From the IMG/VR virus record IMGVR_UViG_3300002835_000001, positions 128,001 through 192,000 of that record: DNA of 64,000 nt; one strand, 5' to 3'. The translations under genes were made by a program, and so were the position numbers. Below, in pieces: positions 8,804 to 17,846 of the stretch. The DNA comes from a virus. Its lineage: Duplodnaviria; Caudoviricetes. The notes under the pieces are model-generated. The model was given only the letters and a program-made list of their open reading frames with translations, made no database searches and was not told where the DNA came from. Position 1 is the first letter of the stretch; each line of letters begins with the position of its first letter.

Positions 8804-9065
8804 CTGTGTTGTTTTTAATAATAGTTATGTTTTTTGTTACATTGTCGATTTGTTTATCAACATTAACAATGTGATTATCGACCTTTTCGATTTGATTGTC
8901 TATTTCTTTATTTGCGGTATAAACAGAATCTATCTCTTTTTGTAAGGATTCAATTTTAGCATTATATCCAGCAACGTCAGTTTTTATACCTTGATTTTGA
9001 AATATGGTATAAGCGGCTAAACAAGCAATCAAAACTAATAGGACGTTTGTTTTATCAATCTTCAT
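8730..9065 (-). CDS. Type II membrane coiled-coil protein (candidate i-spanin/Rz-like)
   Basis: N-terminal TM VLLVLIACLAAYTIF followed by heptad coiled coil; late-type motif TATTTATA upstream. Confidence 0.6.
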   Translation of the reverse strand: MKIDKTNVLLVLIACLAAYTIFQNQGIKTDVAGYNAKIESLQKEIDSVYTANKEIDNQIEKVDNHIVNVDKQIDNVTKNITIIKNNTDEKVNSITTIGNVELEQLLTNRYN

Positions 9066-9092
9066 ATTATATGTTTTATTATAAATATGAAG

Positions 9093-9114
9093 AAAGGGGA
9101 CTTTCGTCCCCTTT
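9093..9114 (-). terminator. Rho-independent terminator after clpP
   Basis: Minus strand AAAGGGGAC-GAAA-GTCCCCTTT followed by CTT; perfect 9-bp stem. Confidence 0.85.
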
Positions 9115-9119
9115 TAATG

Positions 9120-9794
9120 TTATTTCTTCTTCTTCACGATTTCATCGATAATTCCGTAGGATAGTGCTTCGTCCGCCCCTAACCATAAGTCTCGGGACGC
9201 GTCAGATTTAACCTGTTCTGCGGACTTCCCACAATAACCACCCAATAACTCAAATAAGGTGTCGTTAACCTTTTCCCACTCTTGAAATGTGATACGAGCG
9301 TCTTGAATATTTCCACCCGCCCCTCCTGAGGATTGGTGTAACATGGTACGTGAGAACCTCAAGGAACCACGTTTACCTTTAGTACCAGCTCCAAGTAGGA
9401 CTGAACCCATTGAAGCCGCCATGCCCGTATTAATGGTACGAATATCTGAATTGATGTAATCCATAACGTCTACCATAGATAACCCCGACTTAACACTTCC
9501 ACCAGGACTGTCGATGTGCATAGTAATATCCAAGTTATCCAAACTATCCAAAAACATCAATTGTGCCTGTACAATTGTTGACATGTGGTCGTTTACTTCG
9601 CCAGCAACCCAAATAATACGTTCCATCATTAAACGTGAAAATACGTCCATAATTGTCACATTCATTTGTCTTTCTTCCAAAATATATGGAGTTAAGCTGT
9701 TTTCAACTTGTTGATTGTAACGATGTAAGTCTAATGAACTCACTCCATGGTCTTTAGCATATAGACCGAAACCTTGATAATCTTTTGGTGTCAT
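9120..9794 (-). CDS. clpP: ATP-dependent Clp protease proteolytic subunit
   Basis: DVFSRLMMERII, HIDSPGGSV, AASMGS (catalytic Ser), MLHQ (His), RDLW (Asp). Confidence 0.97.
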   Translation of the reverse strand: MTPKDYQGFGLYAKDHGVSSLDLHRYNQQVENSLTPYILEERQMNVTIMDVFSRLMMERIIWVAGEVNDHMSTIVQAQLMFLDSLDNLDITMHIDSPGGSVKSGLSMVDVMDYINSDIRTINTGMAASMGSVLLGAGTKGKRGSLRFSRTMLHQSSGGAGGNIQDARITFQEWEKVNDTLFELLGGYCGKSAEQVKSDASRDLWLGADEALSYGIIDEIVKKKK

Positions 9795-9816
9795 ATATTA
9801 TATATTTTGTTATAGT

Positions 9817-9832
9817 ACAAATATATGTAAAA
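9817..9832 (-). promoter_or_regulatory. Class A (Bacteroidota sigma70-like) promoter upstream of clpP
   Basis: TTTTACATATATTTGT contains TAnnTTTG; identical 16-mer at 17058-17073 upstream of primase. Confidence 0.7.
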
Positions 9833-9861
9833 ATCTCTGAAATAAAAAACAAATAATCAAA

Positions 9862-9870
9862 GATATTTAT
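9862..9870 (+). promoter_or_regulatory. Class B (late-type) motif GATATTTAT upstream of the + strand exonuclease
   Basis: Same motif precedes at least 11 other, mostly structural, genes at 4-20 nt from the start codon. Confidence 0.6.
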
Positions 9871-9874
9871 TAAC

Positions 9875-10678
9875 ATGATTAAAATGACAGATATTATTAA
9901 AGAAGGTAATTTGGAAATACCTAGTACAAATTTACTAAGATGGTTTTTACAACGTAAAAATTCTACGTTTGTTATGTTCGATACCGAAACCACGGGGTTA
10001 AGTAAAGGTAGAACTGATCAAATAACTCAATTAGCAGCAATTGCTGCCAAATTCGATTTAAGACAATTAAAATTTGTTGAGGTTGATAGATTTCACGAAA
10101 AAATTAAACTTAATGATTATATTAAAGATATTGTTGATAAGTCTGAGGATGTTCCTGATGACAAGGATAGTCCAGAGTTTACATCACAACTACATGGTAA
10201 TAACGTCAAGGCGGTTTTGAAATTTAACCATTATGACCTTGCCAACTCTGATGAGTTTGAGGATGAAAGAGAATCCTTAGAGAGATTCGATTCATTTTTA
10301 GACAAACATAGTAACGTAGTTTTAATGGCACATAACGCACCATTTGACTTGAGTATGATTCAGGTTCACGAAATTTTTAAAACTAAAGACAGAGAAGTAT
10401 TTGACACCATCAGTTTCTTCAATAAAGTATTCTTTCCAGCATTAGAATCACTATCAACTGAAAATGAACATTTTAAATCGATAAATGATAAGTTTGCGTC
10501 GAGTGCAAGAACGGGAAAAAAATCAAGTGCGATGGGTAGTCTTATTAGTGGATTTTTTCCAGACCCAATGGAAAAAGCTGTATTATTAGGAAAATCTCAT
10601 GACGCACTTGTTGATTGTGAGAACACATTAAATGTAATTGAACGTGGCCTGAAAATTGTTTCAAGCCACATTCGTTAA
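9875..10678 (+). CDS. DEDDh-family 3'-5' exonuclease (DnaQ/epsilon-like)
   Basis: ExoI FDTETTG, ExoII AHNAPFD, ExoIII HDALVD; only credible + strand gene. Confidence 0.9.
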   Translation: MIKMTDIIKEGNLEIPSTNLLRWFLQRKNSTFVMFDTETTGLSKGRTDQITQLAAIAAKFDLRQLKFVEVDRFHEKIKLNDYIKDIVDKSEDVPDDKDSPEFTSQLHGNNVKAVLKFNHYDLANSDEFEDERESLERFDSFLDKHSNVVLMAHNAPFDLSMIQVHEIFKTKDREVFDTISFFNKVFFPALESLSTENEHFKSINDKFASSARTGKKSSAMGSLISGFFPDPMEKAVLLGKSHDALVDCENTLNVIERGLKIVSSHIR

Positions 10679-13008
10679 GATATTTTAGTTGTAATAAAAT
10701 CTATTGAGGACACATTCTCCTCTTTTTTAATCATAATAATATTATCCGACCAGTTACGGATTAAAGAATTATGTGATATTACTAATATATGGTCAAAATA
10801 GCTTTTAATTTTCTTAAAAAATTCACCCACCATTTCAAGGTTTTCATCTGCAATTTTACCAAAGACTTCATCCATTACAACGATGTTAGGCTTTGGTAGT
10901 GATGATATTTTAGTTAAGACACTACGTAACGCTAATGAGGATATCGTTCTTTCGTAACCAGAACCCGAATTAAGGGGTTTAGCAACACGAGTCTCAGTAT
11001 CTATCATAATAAATTCAACCTCATTCTTATCGGTTACATTCAATTCTAATATGAAATGACAACTATCAACAAGTAACCTATATAATTCTTGGTTAATCAA
11101 CGGAATCATATTTTTCATGATTACTTTAGATATACCATTTTTACCATAGATTGTTAAGTAAATTTTAAATACCGCAAGTAATTCCTGTTCTGATTTAATC
11201 TTACCAATCAAATCATTATTAATACCAATTTTATCATTCATGTTACTAATATTGTTTTTGTGTTTTTCAATATTTGTACCAGTAACACGAATATCGGCAT
11301 TTGCTGTTTCAATTTGAGTCCTTAAAGCGGTAACTAATGAATCAATTCTTTGGTTATCCTCTAACTTCTTTTTATTATCGTCATATCTATCCAAACGTAA
11401 TTGTTTGGCGTCAATCTCAAGTTGTTTTTGTTCGACCTCCAATTCATATCTCTCTTTACGAAGTTTGTTTCTTTCGTAAGTGTCAAATTCGGTTCTCAGC
11501 GTATCAAATCGTTCCGATTGTTCTTTTAATAAATCAAATTGAATCTGATTTAGTTCCATCTCTTTAATGATGTCCTCGATTTCTTTTTTAATCTTTTCAA
11601 TTTCTTCAGTATGGTCAACCTCATCTAAAGCTCTATTGCAAGTTGGGCAGACAGTGCCTTCTTCAAATTGTTTAATCAATTTTTCCCTATCTCCCTTTTC
11701 ATATTTGTATGCAACATCGATTCCTTGAAGATTTGCCATCTCGCCTCTTAATTCCTTGTGTTCGTCTTCGTGGTAATATTTTGAAGGTTCAACTACATTG
11801 ACGTTATCGGCATTAGTTTGACTCGCTGTTTTTAATTTATTTAAATCAACAATTTCTTTTTCAAGTAAAGTTGGGTTGGTATTAATTAATTCTCTGTCAA
11901 CATCATTGTTTCTTGAAGATAATGCACCATCTCTTTCACCTTCTAAACGTTTAAGTGTTTTGCTATATTCGGCTAATTGATTATCTAAAGTAATTAGTTG
12001 TTCTTCGGAATTAGTTATACTATCGTTATACGTTCCATTATCAATCTCTAATTGGGTAATGTTATACGTGTTAGAAATTAATTTTTTACTCCAATCGTTA
12101 TAAATCTCCTTAGCAAATTCTTCTTTAAGTTTAAGACTCTCCAATCCCATAAATTTTGTTAGGATTTGTCCACGAGCCGTTGGTTTAGATTCAATTAACT
12201 CTTCGAGATTATAACCAGTTGTTAGAATTGTAGAAAGAAAATCCTCCTCCGTACCGATTGCTGAAGAAATGAACGCCTCTGTTTCTCTACGTTGTTCACC
12301 AGATAAATTTTCAATCGTTCCGTCTTCTTTTTTCTTATAGAATTCTAATTCGTTTTTAATCGTATATTCTCCCGACTTACTCATTTTACGAGAAGTCTTT
12401 CTCTCAATTACATAATCATCTCCATCGATACTAATCTCACCACGAACACTAACATCATTCTTATCTGTAAATCTATTAAAGATTTCAGCATTAGTTTTTG
12501 TCTTTGTTGTTGCATTAAAAAATAAAAACATTAAAAGGTCAACTGATGATGTTGACTTACCTCCAAAGTTTTTAGGTGTAGATTCAATTACTGTAATACC
12601 TTCGAGATCGACAAAGTTAATAATATTGTTATCACCGAAAGATAAAAAATTAGAAAACTCAATTCTTTTAATAAACCATTTGTTGTATCTGACTTTGTTT
12701 TCATTTAACTTATCTATTTGTGAATTTACTCTATTATCTAATCTGTCAACCAATTCCCATTTAATATCAATACTATTATCCTTAATAAAATCCTTCATTA
12801 AGTTTTTTTGGTGCTGGTGGTCAAGTATATTGTCACTAACCTCTAAAGATTCTAAACGTGTTCTATTAACGTTTAATAAATTCTTTGTAATTACTGAAAT
12901 ATTTTTTGATTTATACTTCTCCTGAAAATAAGATTTCACCCTTCTGATTTTCTCAGGGGTGAAATTCTCCGGTACGTCTTCCCACGTTACTTTTATGAAT
13001 GGATTCAT
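10675..13008 (-). CDS. sbcC: SbcC/Rad50/T4 gp46-like recombination ATPase
   Basis: Walker A NFGGKST, long coiled coil, zinc hook CPTC, signature NSGSGYE, Walker B VVMDEVFG, H-loop VISH. Confidence 0.93.
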   Translation of the reverse strand: MNPFIKVTWEDVPENFTPEKIRRVKSYFQEKYKSKNISVITKNLLNVNRTRLESLEVSDNILDHQHQKNLMKDFIKDNSIDIKWELVDRLDNRVNSQIDKLNENKVRYNKWFIKRIEFSNFLSFGDNNIINFVDLEGITVIESTPKNFGGKSTSSVDLLMFLFFNATTKTKTNAEIFNRFTDKNDVSVRGEISIDGDDYVIERKTSRKMSKSGEYTIKNELEFYKKKEDGTIENLSGEQRRETEAFISSAIGTEEDFLSTILTTGYNLEELIESKPTARGQILTKFMGLESLKLKEEFAKEIYNDWSKKLISNTYNITQLEIDNGTYNDSITNSEEQLITLDNQLAEYSKTLKRLEGERDGALSSRNNDVDRELINTNPTLLEKEIVDLNKLKTASQTNADNVNVVEPSKYYHEDEHKELRGEMANLQGIDVAYKYEKGDREKLIKQFEEGTVCPTCNRALDEVDHTEEIEKIKKEIEDIIKEMELNQIQFDLLKEQSERFDTLRTEFDTYERNKLRKERYELEVEQKQLEIDAKQLRLDRYDDNKKKLEDNQRIDSLVTALRTQIETANADIRVTGTNIEKHKNNISNMNDKIGINNDLIGKIKSEQELLAVFKIYLTIYGKNGISKVIMKNMIPLINQELYRLLVDSCHFILELNVTDKNEVEFIMIDTETRVAKPLNSGSGYERTISSLALRSVLTKISSLPKPNIVVMDEVFGKIADENLEMVGEFFKKIKSYFDHILVISHNSLIRNWSDNIIMIKKEENVSSIDFITTKIS

Positions 13009-13637
13009 TATTTACTAAAAATTTTATTTGCAACTTCTGCAACTCTTTGTCTTTTTTCTTCCTCAGTTAAACCACAATATGGTCCATTTAAAACCCATTT
13101 ACCATCTCGTTGTTTATTATAAGTAAAACAAAACTCTTGTGGTATACATATCCAATCCTCAGCTTTATATGAGTTATTAACTTTACGATCAAATGCAAAT
13201 TTAATTTTAGTAAAATCTCTAATCGTATCGCTATATACAACAATTAATTGGTCCATTTCTGCGTTGAACCTATAATAAATATTTTTTTCAAATCCCACAT
13301 GTGAAATAATATGATATTGAAATGTGTTCTTTTCAGACAATTCACCTAATCCAAAATAAAACCATTTTCTATTTGGCATATTGAGTGTGTTGATGCCCAA
13401 TCCAAATCTATCCCTTTGGTTGCTCACCCATCTATCTCCGCTCCATAATGCATTTTCTCCTTCCGCACCATAAGTACCATCTTCAAATAAATTATCAATA
13501 CCCTTTTCGGTTCCATGTATAAATTTTTTACCTAAAACTTCTTCCGCGAATTTAATCCACGTATCCCTCATTTTTTTGTCATTATAGTTATCTTTTTTTA
13601 CTCCGTCTTCAATTCTTTCGTATATGAAATTTCCCAT
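13008..13637 (-). CDS. Hypothetical protein, possible PD-(D/E)XK-like nuclease fold
   Basis: ORF track; KGIDNLF...GAEGEN weakly resembles D-x(n)-E-x-E/K; TAATG-coupled to sbcC. Confidence 0.55.
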   Translation of the reverse strand: MGNFIYERIEDGVKKDNYNDKKMRDTWIKFAEEVLGKKFIHGTEKGIDNLFEDGTYGAEGENALWSGDRWVSNQRDRFGLGINTLNMPNRKWFYFGLGELSEKNTFQYHIISHVGFEKNIYYRFNAEMDQLIVVYSDTIRDFTKIKFAFDRKVNNSYKAEDWICIPQEFCFTYNKQRDGKWVLNGPYCGLTEEEKRQRVAEVANKIFSK

Positions 13638-13648
13638 ATTATTTTTTA

Positions 13649-13960
13649 TTATTTAATTCTATTTTCTTCAAAAAACTCGATTATGGCATTAATTGCCCAA
13701 ACTGATCCTGCAGTAAACATTCCATCAAAAAATACATAGAATAACCACGGACTTTCAAAATAATGATTTGTTAATCCACCCAAAACAAGAGACATAAAAA
13801 ATCCAACCCAAGTAGAGGTACAAAGTGTACAACTAATTAAGTCACCGAAAAATTTAGAATGTTTCTTTATCCAATCTCTTTGATTGTCAAAAATTTTACC
13901 CCATACGAGAATCGATGTCATCCCGTATGCCGCTAATACCCAAAAAACTAATAGTGTCAT
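13649..13960 (-). CDS. Small membrane protein with CxxC (DUF1360-like)
   Basis: Three hydrophobic segments and GDLISCTLCTSTWVG (L-x-x-C-x-x-C-x-x-x-W). Confidence 0.7.
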   Translation of the reverse strand: MTLLVFWVLAAYGMTSILVWGKIFDNQRDWIKKHSKFFGDLISCTLCTSTWVGFFMSLVLGGLTNHYFESPWLFYVFFDGMFTAGSVWAINAIIEFFEENRIK

Positions 13961-14010
13961 AATATTTTATTTATTTAAAAAATATAACAAAATAAATTCA
14001 TAAAACAAAA

Positions 14011-14472
14011 TTATTCGTCATATAATGATTTATTCTCGGTATTTTTAATTTGTCTATTTTTATTTAAACTTTCTAATGATGTTGTTATTTTATTGAGTTC
14101 TTCTTTTAGTCTATTGTTTTCAATTGTTAATCTATCGACTTCTTGTGTATCAATTATTTCTTTAACTACTTCATTAACAATAGTCTCACCTTGGAGTGTG
14201 ACTTCTTTAATAATTTCTACAGGAACCTCAACTCTCACTTCCTTAATGACTTCGTATGGTACCCTAATTTCTCGATCAACAATTACTTCTTTCTCAACGA
14301 TCACTTCTTTAATAATTGAACCTCCCATTGGTGTTTCACCATACTTCAATAAAGAAAACCCTCTATTGAAGGTTTCCTGTGCAGTTTTATTAATGTCTTT
14401 TATATTGTTTAATTCACAATATTGAATAAACTCATTATCCAAGATTAACGTGCTCTTCGGTTTCATTTTCAA
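14011..14472 (-). CDS. Hypothetical protein with VPV/EVIKEV repeats and coiled coil
   Basis: IIKEVIVEKEVIVDREIRVPYEVIKEVRVEVPVEIIKEV. Confidence 0.7.
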   Translation of the reverse strand: MKMKPKSTLILDNEFIQYCELNNIKDINKTAQETFNRGFSLLKYGETPMGGSIIKEVIVEKEVIVDREIRVPYEVIKEVRVEVPVEIIKEVTLQGETIVNEVVKEIIDTQEVDRLTIENNRLKEELNKITTSLESLNKNRQIKNTENKSLYDE

Positions 14473-15259
14473 TGTCTTTGATATCGTTTATTCTAAAGTG
14501 TAGGAATGGTTGTTCATTTGGTAAATCGTGAAATGTATATTCATCTGTTTGTACATCATATATTCCATACCCATGATGTTTAACCGTTTCACCAAAGTTC
14601 TGTTGTATAAGACTACCAACCATAATCGCTTTCCCTCCGTTTGGTAATGTGAATTGTTGTCTTTTGTGAATGTCTCCACATAGTAGTAAATCTAAATCAT
14701 TAAAATTTAGTCTATCGTACGCATCTTCAAATTCAAATCCTAAATCAGTTGACAATCCCATGATAGGTCCATGGAACAGTCCAACCGTTAATAAACCTTC
14801 TTGTTTTGTAAATTCAGGTCTTACGTTGTGTTGATATAATGAATAAACAACCCATTGAACGCTACCATCGGTATCAACATAATCACCACTATCTTTTAGG
14901 TATGTGATGTGTTGATTGTCTAATAATTGAACGACTGGTGTTATACTATCCATACGTTGCGTATTATTCTCCAAGAAATCGTGATTACCCGGTATGATTA
15001 CAACCTTACCAAAACGAGTTAACTCTTTTAAAAACCAACTCGTTAATAATAATTGTTCATTTGAGATATTAATTTTTTGATGTGCAATATCACCCGCAAT
15101 AACAATTCTAATTTCGTTATGCGATATATTTTCATCCGCCCATTCTAAGAATTTTACACTTAATTCATTTAATAATGTTTCGAATTGTTCTCTATACAAA
15201 TCGTGCATTTGAATTGTACGAATATGTAAGTCGGCAATATGTATAATTTTTTTTACCAT
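14435..15259 (-). CDS. sbcD: SbcD/Mre11/T4 gp47-like metallophosphoesterase nuclease
   Basis: HIADLH, AGDIAH, PGNHD, LFHG, GDIHK phosphoesterase motifs; SbcC-like gene nearby. Confidence 0.92.
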   Translation of the reverse strand: MVKKIIHIADLHIRTIQMHDLYREQFETLLNELSVKFLEWADENISHNEIRIVIAGDIAHQKINISNEQLLLTSWFLKELTRFGKVVIIPGNHDFLENNTQRMDSITPVVQLLDNQHITYLKDSGDYVDTDGSVQWVVYSLYQHNVRPEFTKQEGLLTVGLFHGPIMGLSTDLGFEFEDAYDRLNFNDLDLLLCGDIHKRQQFTLPNGGKAIMVGSLIQQNFGETVKHHGYGIYDVQTDEYTFHDLPNEQPFLHFRINDIKDIENETEEHVNLG

Positions 15260-16122
15260 CTTTTAATATAATTTGATAAGTCCATCGTTAAAATTGCATT
15301 ATTGATTTGTGGTGGAACTTTATATTCGTTAAATGTACCATCTTCTTTTAATAAAACAATAACATTTCCCAATATCTTTGTATCTTCAAACTTGGTACCC
15401 TTTAACATTTTTAATAATAACCTACCATATAATGGTAATTGTAAGAAATAATGACCTAATGCATTATCATGGTAATTGTTAAATGGTGGATATAATTTAC
15501 CCGTATAATGTTGAACCTCAAAGTTCTTTGGTTGATTTGTTTTCCAATCTGTGGTAACGAATCCAAAGTTGGTTTTCTCTTTGTTCATCATTAACCACAC
15601 TTTATCTGGTTGACCAGTATATTGTTCTTCAGGGTCCCCCAATACAATCTCAGTATCCAATAATACTCCACCTCGTTCTAACATTAAATCAAGGAATTGT
15701 TTTCCCGCAATAATCATATTATCACTCTTACGTTGTTGTTCCTCATTAATGTTAAAGATTGGTTCTCTAACTGATTTGTAATTCCCGAATCGAGAAATCG
15801 TATCACTTTCTAATTCAAAGTGAACACGACTACCCATATTGGTTGATAGGTCACCTGCTCGTTTCCATTCCGCAAGCAATTCTGCTTGCCCCTCAGGGTC
15901 ACCTTTAGACATTTTTAATGCCATACCTTCAGCATCAAATGCTTTATGAAATTTCTTTATAATCTTAGATACTGACGGGAAATTTTTCTTCACCACACCA
16001 TCCACATCTTTCATAAAATAGATGTGTTCTTCCTCAATAAAAGTCAATTCAATTTCTTTTCTTCTTTGTTCTAATAAATCCTTAATCTCTAATGAGATGT
16101 CGTTTAAATTCATATTAATCAA
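15253..16122 (-). CDS. PD-(D/E)XK exonuclease-like protein
   Basis: PSVSKII, GSRVHFELE, TGQPD...TDWKT, QLPLY (RecB-like nuclease motifs). Confidence 0.85.
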   Translation of the reverse strand: MINMNLNDISLEIKDLLEQRRKEIELTFIEEEHIYFMKDVDGVVKKNFPSVSKIIKKFHKAFDAEGMALKMSKGDPEGQAELLAEWKRAGDLSTNMGSRVHFELESDTISRFGNYKSVREPIFNINEEQQRKSDNMIIAGKQFLDLMLERGGVLLDTEIVLGDPEEQYTGQPDKVWLMMNKEKTNFGFVTTDWKTNQPKNFEVQHYTGKLYPPFNNYHDNALGHYFLQLPLYGRLLLKMLKGTKFEDTKILGNVIVLLKEDGTFNEYKVPPQINNAILTMDLSNYIKRW

Positions 16123-17053
16123 GTTGTTTTAATTTATAATCGGTAAGGTCTCCCTGTAAATCAGCAATATCCTTATCTCCCTCTAATTTTACAATCCAAA
16201 CCTTTCCCATTAATTTACCACAATTAAGTTTGTGATATAACTTTTCTGCATCTGCCCATGCGTCTGGGTCCAACACTATTACTATTTTTTTTGCTTTCTC
16301 GTATAAAACACTAAACAAATATTCACTCATAAACTTACCTAACATGGGTATTGAGTTTGGTATGAATATACTATCGAACGCACCCTCAACCAAATAAATT
16401 GTTTCATCCCAATTAACTAAGTATTCATTAAAGATGAGTATTTCTTTTTGTGCTTCAGGATTCTTATATTTCATTCTAGGGTTATACAAGTATGAACGTG
16501 CCACAAAATAATTTATGTTATGATTTAAATCATATGATGGTATAATGATTCTATTTTCATACTCACCACTATAACAAAATCCAATACTATACATTTGTAA
16601 CATCATATCGGTGATGTTTCTTTTTTTAATGTATTGAAAAGCTTGTCGATATTGTGGTGTCATTTTAAGACCATTACTGGCGTCCTTAAATGCAACAAAC
16701 TCTTTGGGTAATTTTACAGGTTTATATACTCTTTTATTATCCTCATCATCTTCGGGTTTTAATAAAAGATAATTTTTTAATTGTTTCTTATTACCCCATT
16801 TTTTAATCAACTTATATATTGACCCGTGAGTTTCATGTGTTTCGGCACAAACCCAACACTTATATACACCATATTTGTAGTTAACTTCTAAATTACCTTT
16901 ACCATCCCCATGCTCTAATCCCTTAATATCGTGAGAACAGATTGGGCAGTCAAACGATATTTGACCTTTATAGTCACTATGTGATTTGTAATCCCCCAAA
17001 ATATCTTCGAGGATTTCAACAACAGCGGAATAATCTACTTCATTTTCGGTCAT
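16115..17053 (-). CDS. dnaG: DNA primase (Zn finger + TOPRIM); start revised to ATG at 17053
   Basis: CPIC...CWVC zinc finger, RIIIPSYD, LVEGAFD, VLDPDA, KDIAD; ORF-track start at 17122 runs through a terminator. Confidence 0.92.
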   Translation of the reverse strand: MTENEVDYSAVVEILEDILGDYKSHSDYKGQISFDCPICSHDIKGLEHGDGKGNLEVNYKYGVYKCWVCAETHETHGSIYKLIKKWGNKKQLKNYLLLKPEDDEDNKRVYKPVKLPKEFVAFKDASNGLKMTPQYRQAFQYIKKRNITDMMLQMYSIGFCYSGEYENRIIIPSYDLNHNINYFVARSYLYNPRMKYKNPEAQKEILIFNEYLVNWDETIYLVEGAFDSIFIPNSIPMLGKFMSEYLFSVLYEKAKKIVIVLDPDAWADAEKLYHKLNCGKLMGKVWIVKLEGDKDIADLQGDLTDYKLKQLD

Positions 17054-17057
17054 ACTC

Positions 17058-17073
17058 ACAAATATATGTAAAA
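17058..17073 (-). promoter_or_regulatory. Class A promoter upstream of primase
   Basis: TTTTACATATATTTGT, identical to clpP site, ends 4 nt before ATG. Confidence 0.7.
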
Positions 17074-17081
17074 TAAGTGAT

Positions 17082-17116
17082 AAAAAAAAATCCCCCGGAA
17101 CACCACCTCCGAGGGA
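17082..17116 (-). terminator. Rho-independent terminator between ruvC-like gene and primase
   Basis: 9-bp GC-rich stem with one G-U, then 9 T. Confidence 0.85.
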
Positions 17117-17157
17117 AACCAACCAAAAGTGTATTTCTACACTTCCCGTCTATCTTT
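17082..17157 (-). ncRNA. Candidate ~75-nt structured small RNA (two hairpins, intrinsic terminator)
   Basis: Starts right after TATTTATA (17157-17164); AAGTGTA-GAAA-TACACTT hairpin; TCCCTCGGA-GGTGGTGT-TCCGGGGGA hairpin followed by T9; no ATG. Confidence 0.5.
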
Positions 17158-17192
17158 ATAAATATAACCTAAACTATCCGTAAATAAAAATT

Positions 17193-17810
17193 TTAGTTGC
17201 CGGATTTTTCTAATTTATTCATATTAACATAACCAATCACACAACATGCGGCATCCGCCATGTCATAATTTTCTTTTTTCAAATTACCATTAGTACCATA
17301 TAACCAATTTATATCTGGACACACATCATTAACGTGTTCCCAAATCACATGTTTCTTATCAATATCTTTTGGGTATCCTCCAAATAAAACATTACGACCT
17401 TTATCATTTGGTCCAACTAAATCGGGGAACGCAAATTTTCTTGAATTATATGTTGAAATAAATGTCGGTAATACTCCCAACACGTCGTAACAATTCTTTA
17501 AAATTAAAGTATTGTATCGTAACAAAGTTCCAATTGTGTAAACGTTATTTGATTGTAATAATGGTTCCTCAATAATAACACGGGTAATACCTATATTTTT
17601 ATATCCCTCCAAATGTTTTTTGAAGGTGTCCGCTTTTTTGATTAATTCCTCAATCTTATCTTCCGGTAGTGGTTTAATTTTTGGTGAAAAGTGTGTTAAC
17701 TCCAATAACTTAGAACCCGATATATCGAACAACGCAAACCCAATGGTTTTAGTTGAGATATCTAAACCAAGAATTTTAGGTTTGTTTTTAAATTTTACGT
17801 CTATACTCAT
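17193..17810 (-). CDS. ruvC: RuvC-like Holliday junction resolvase
   Basis: ILGLDISTKTIG, VIIEE, DMADA acidic RNase H-fold motifs. Confidence 0.85.
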   Translation of the reverse strand: MSIDVKFKNKPKILGLDISTKTIGFALFDISGSKLLELTHFSPKIKPLPEDKIEELIKKADTFKKHLEGYKNIGITRVIIEEPLLQSNNVYTIGTLLRYNTLILKNCYDVLGVLPTFISTYNSRKFAFPDLVGPNDKGRNVLFGGYPKDIDKKHVIWEHVNDVCPDINWLYGTNGNLKKENYDMADAACCVIGYVNMNKLEKSGN

Positions 17811-17846
17811 ATTAAAAGTTAATTTAAAAATGACAAAATGTAAAGC

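Noticed and set aside
15253-16122. Possible Cas4
   Set aside because: No Fe-S cysteine cluster and no CRISPR context; generic PD-(D/E)XK exonuclease
17054-17122. ORF-track N-terminal extension of primase (MVSLGGGVPGDFF...)
   Set aside because: Runs through the terminator hairpin and promoter; ATG at 17053 is the better start
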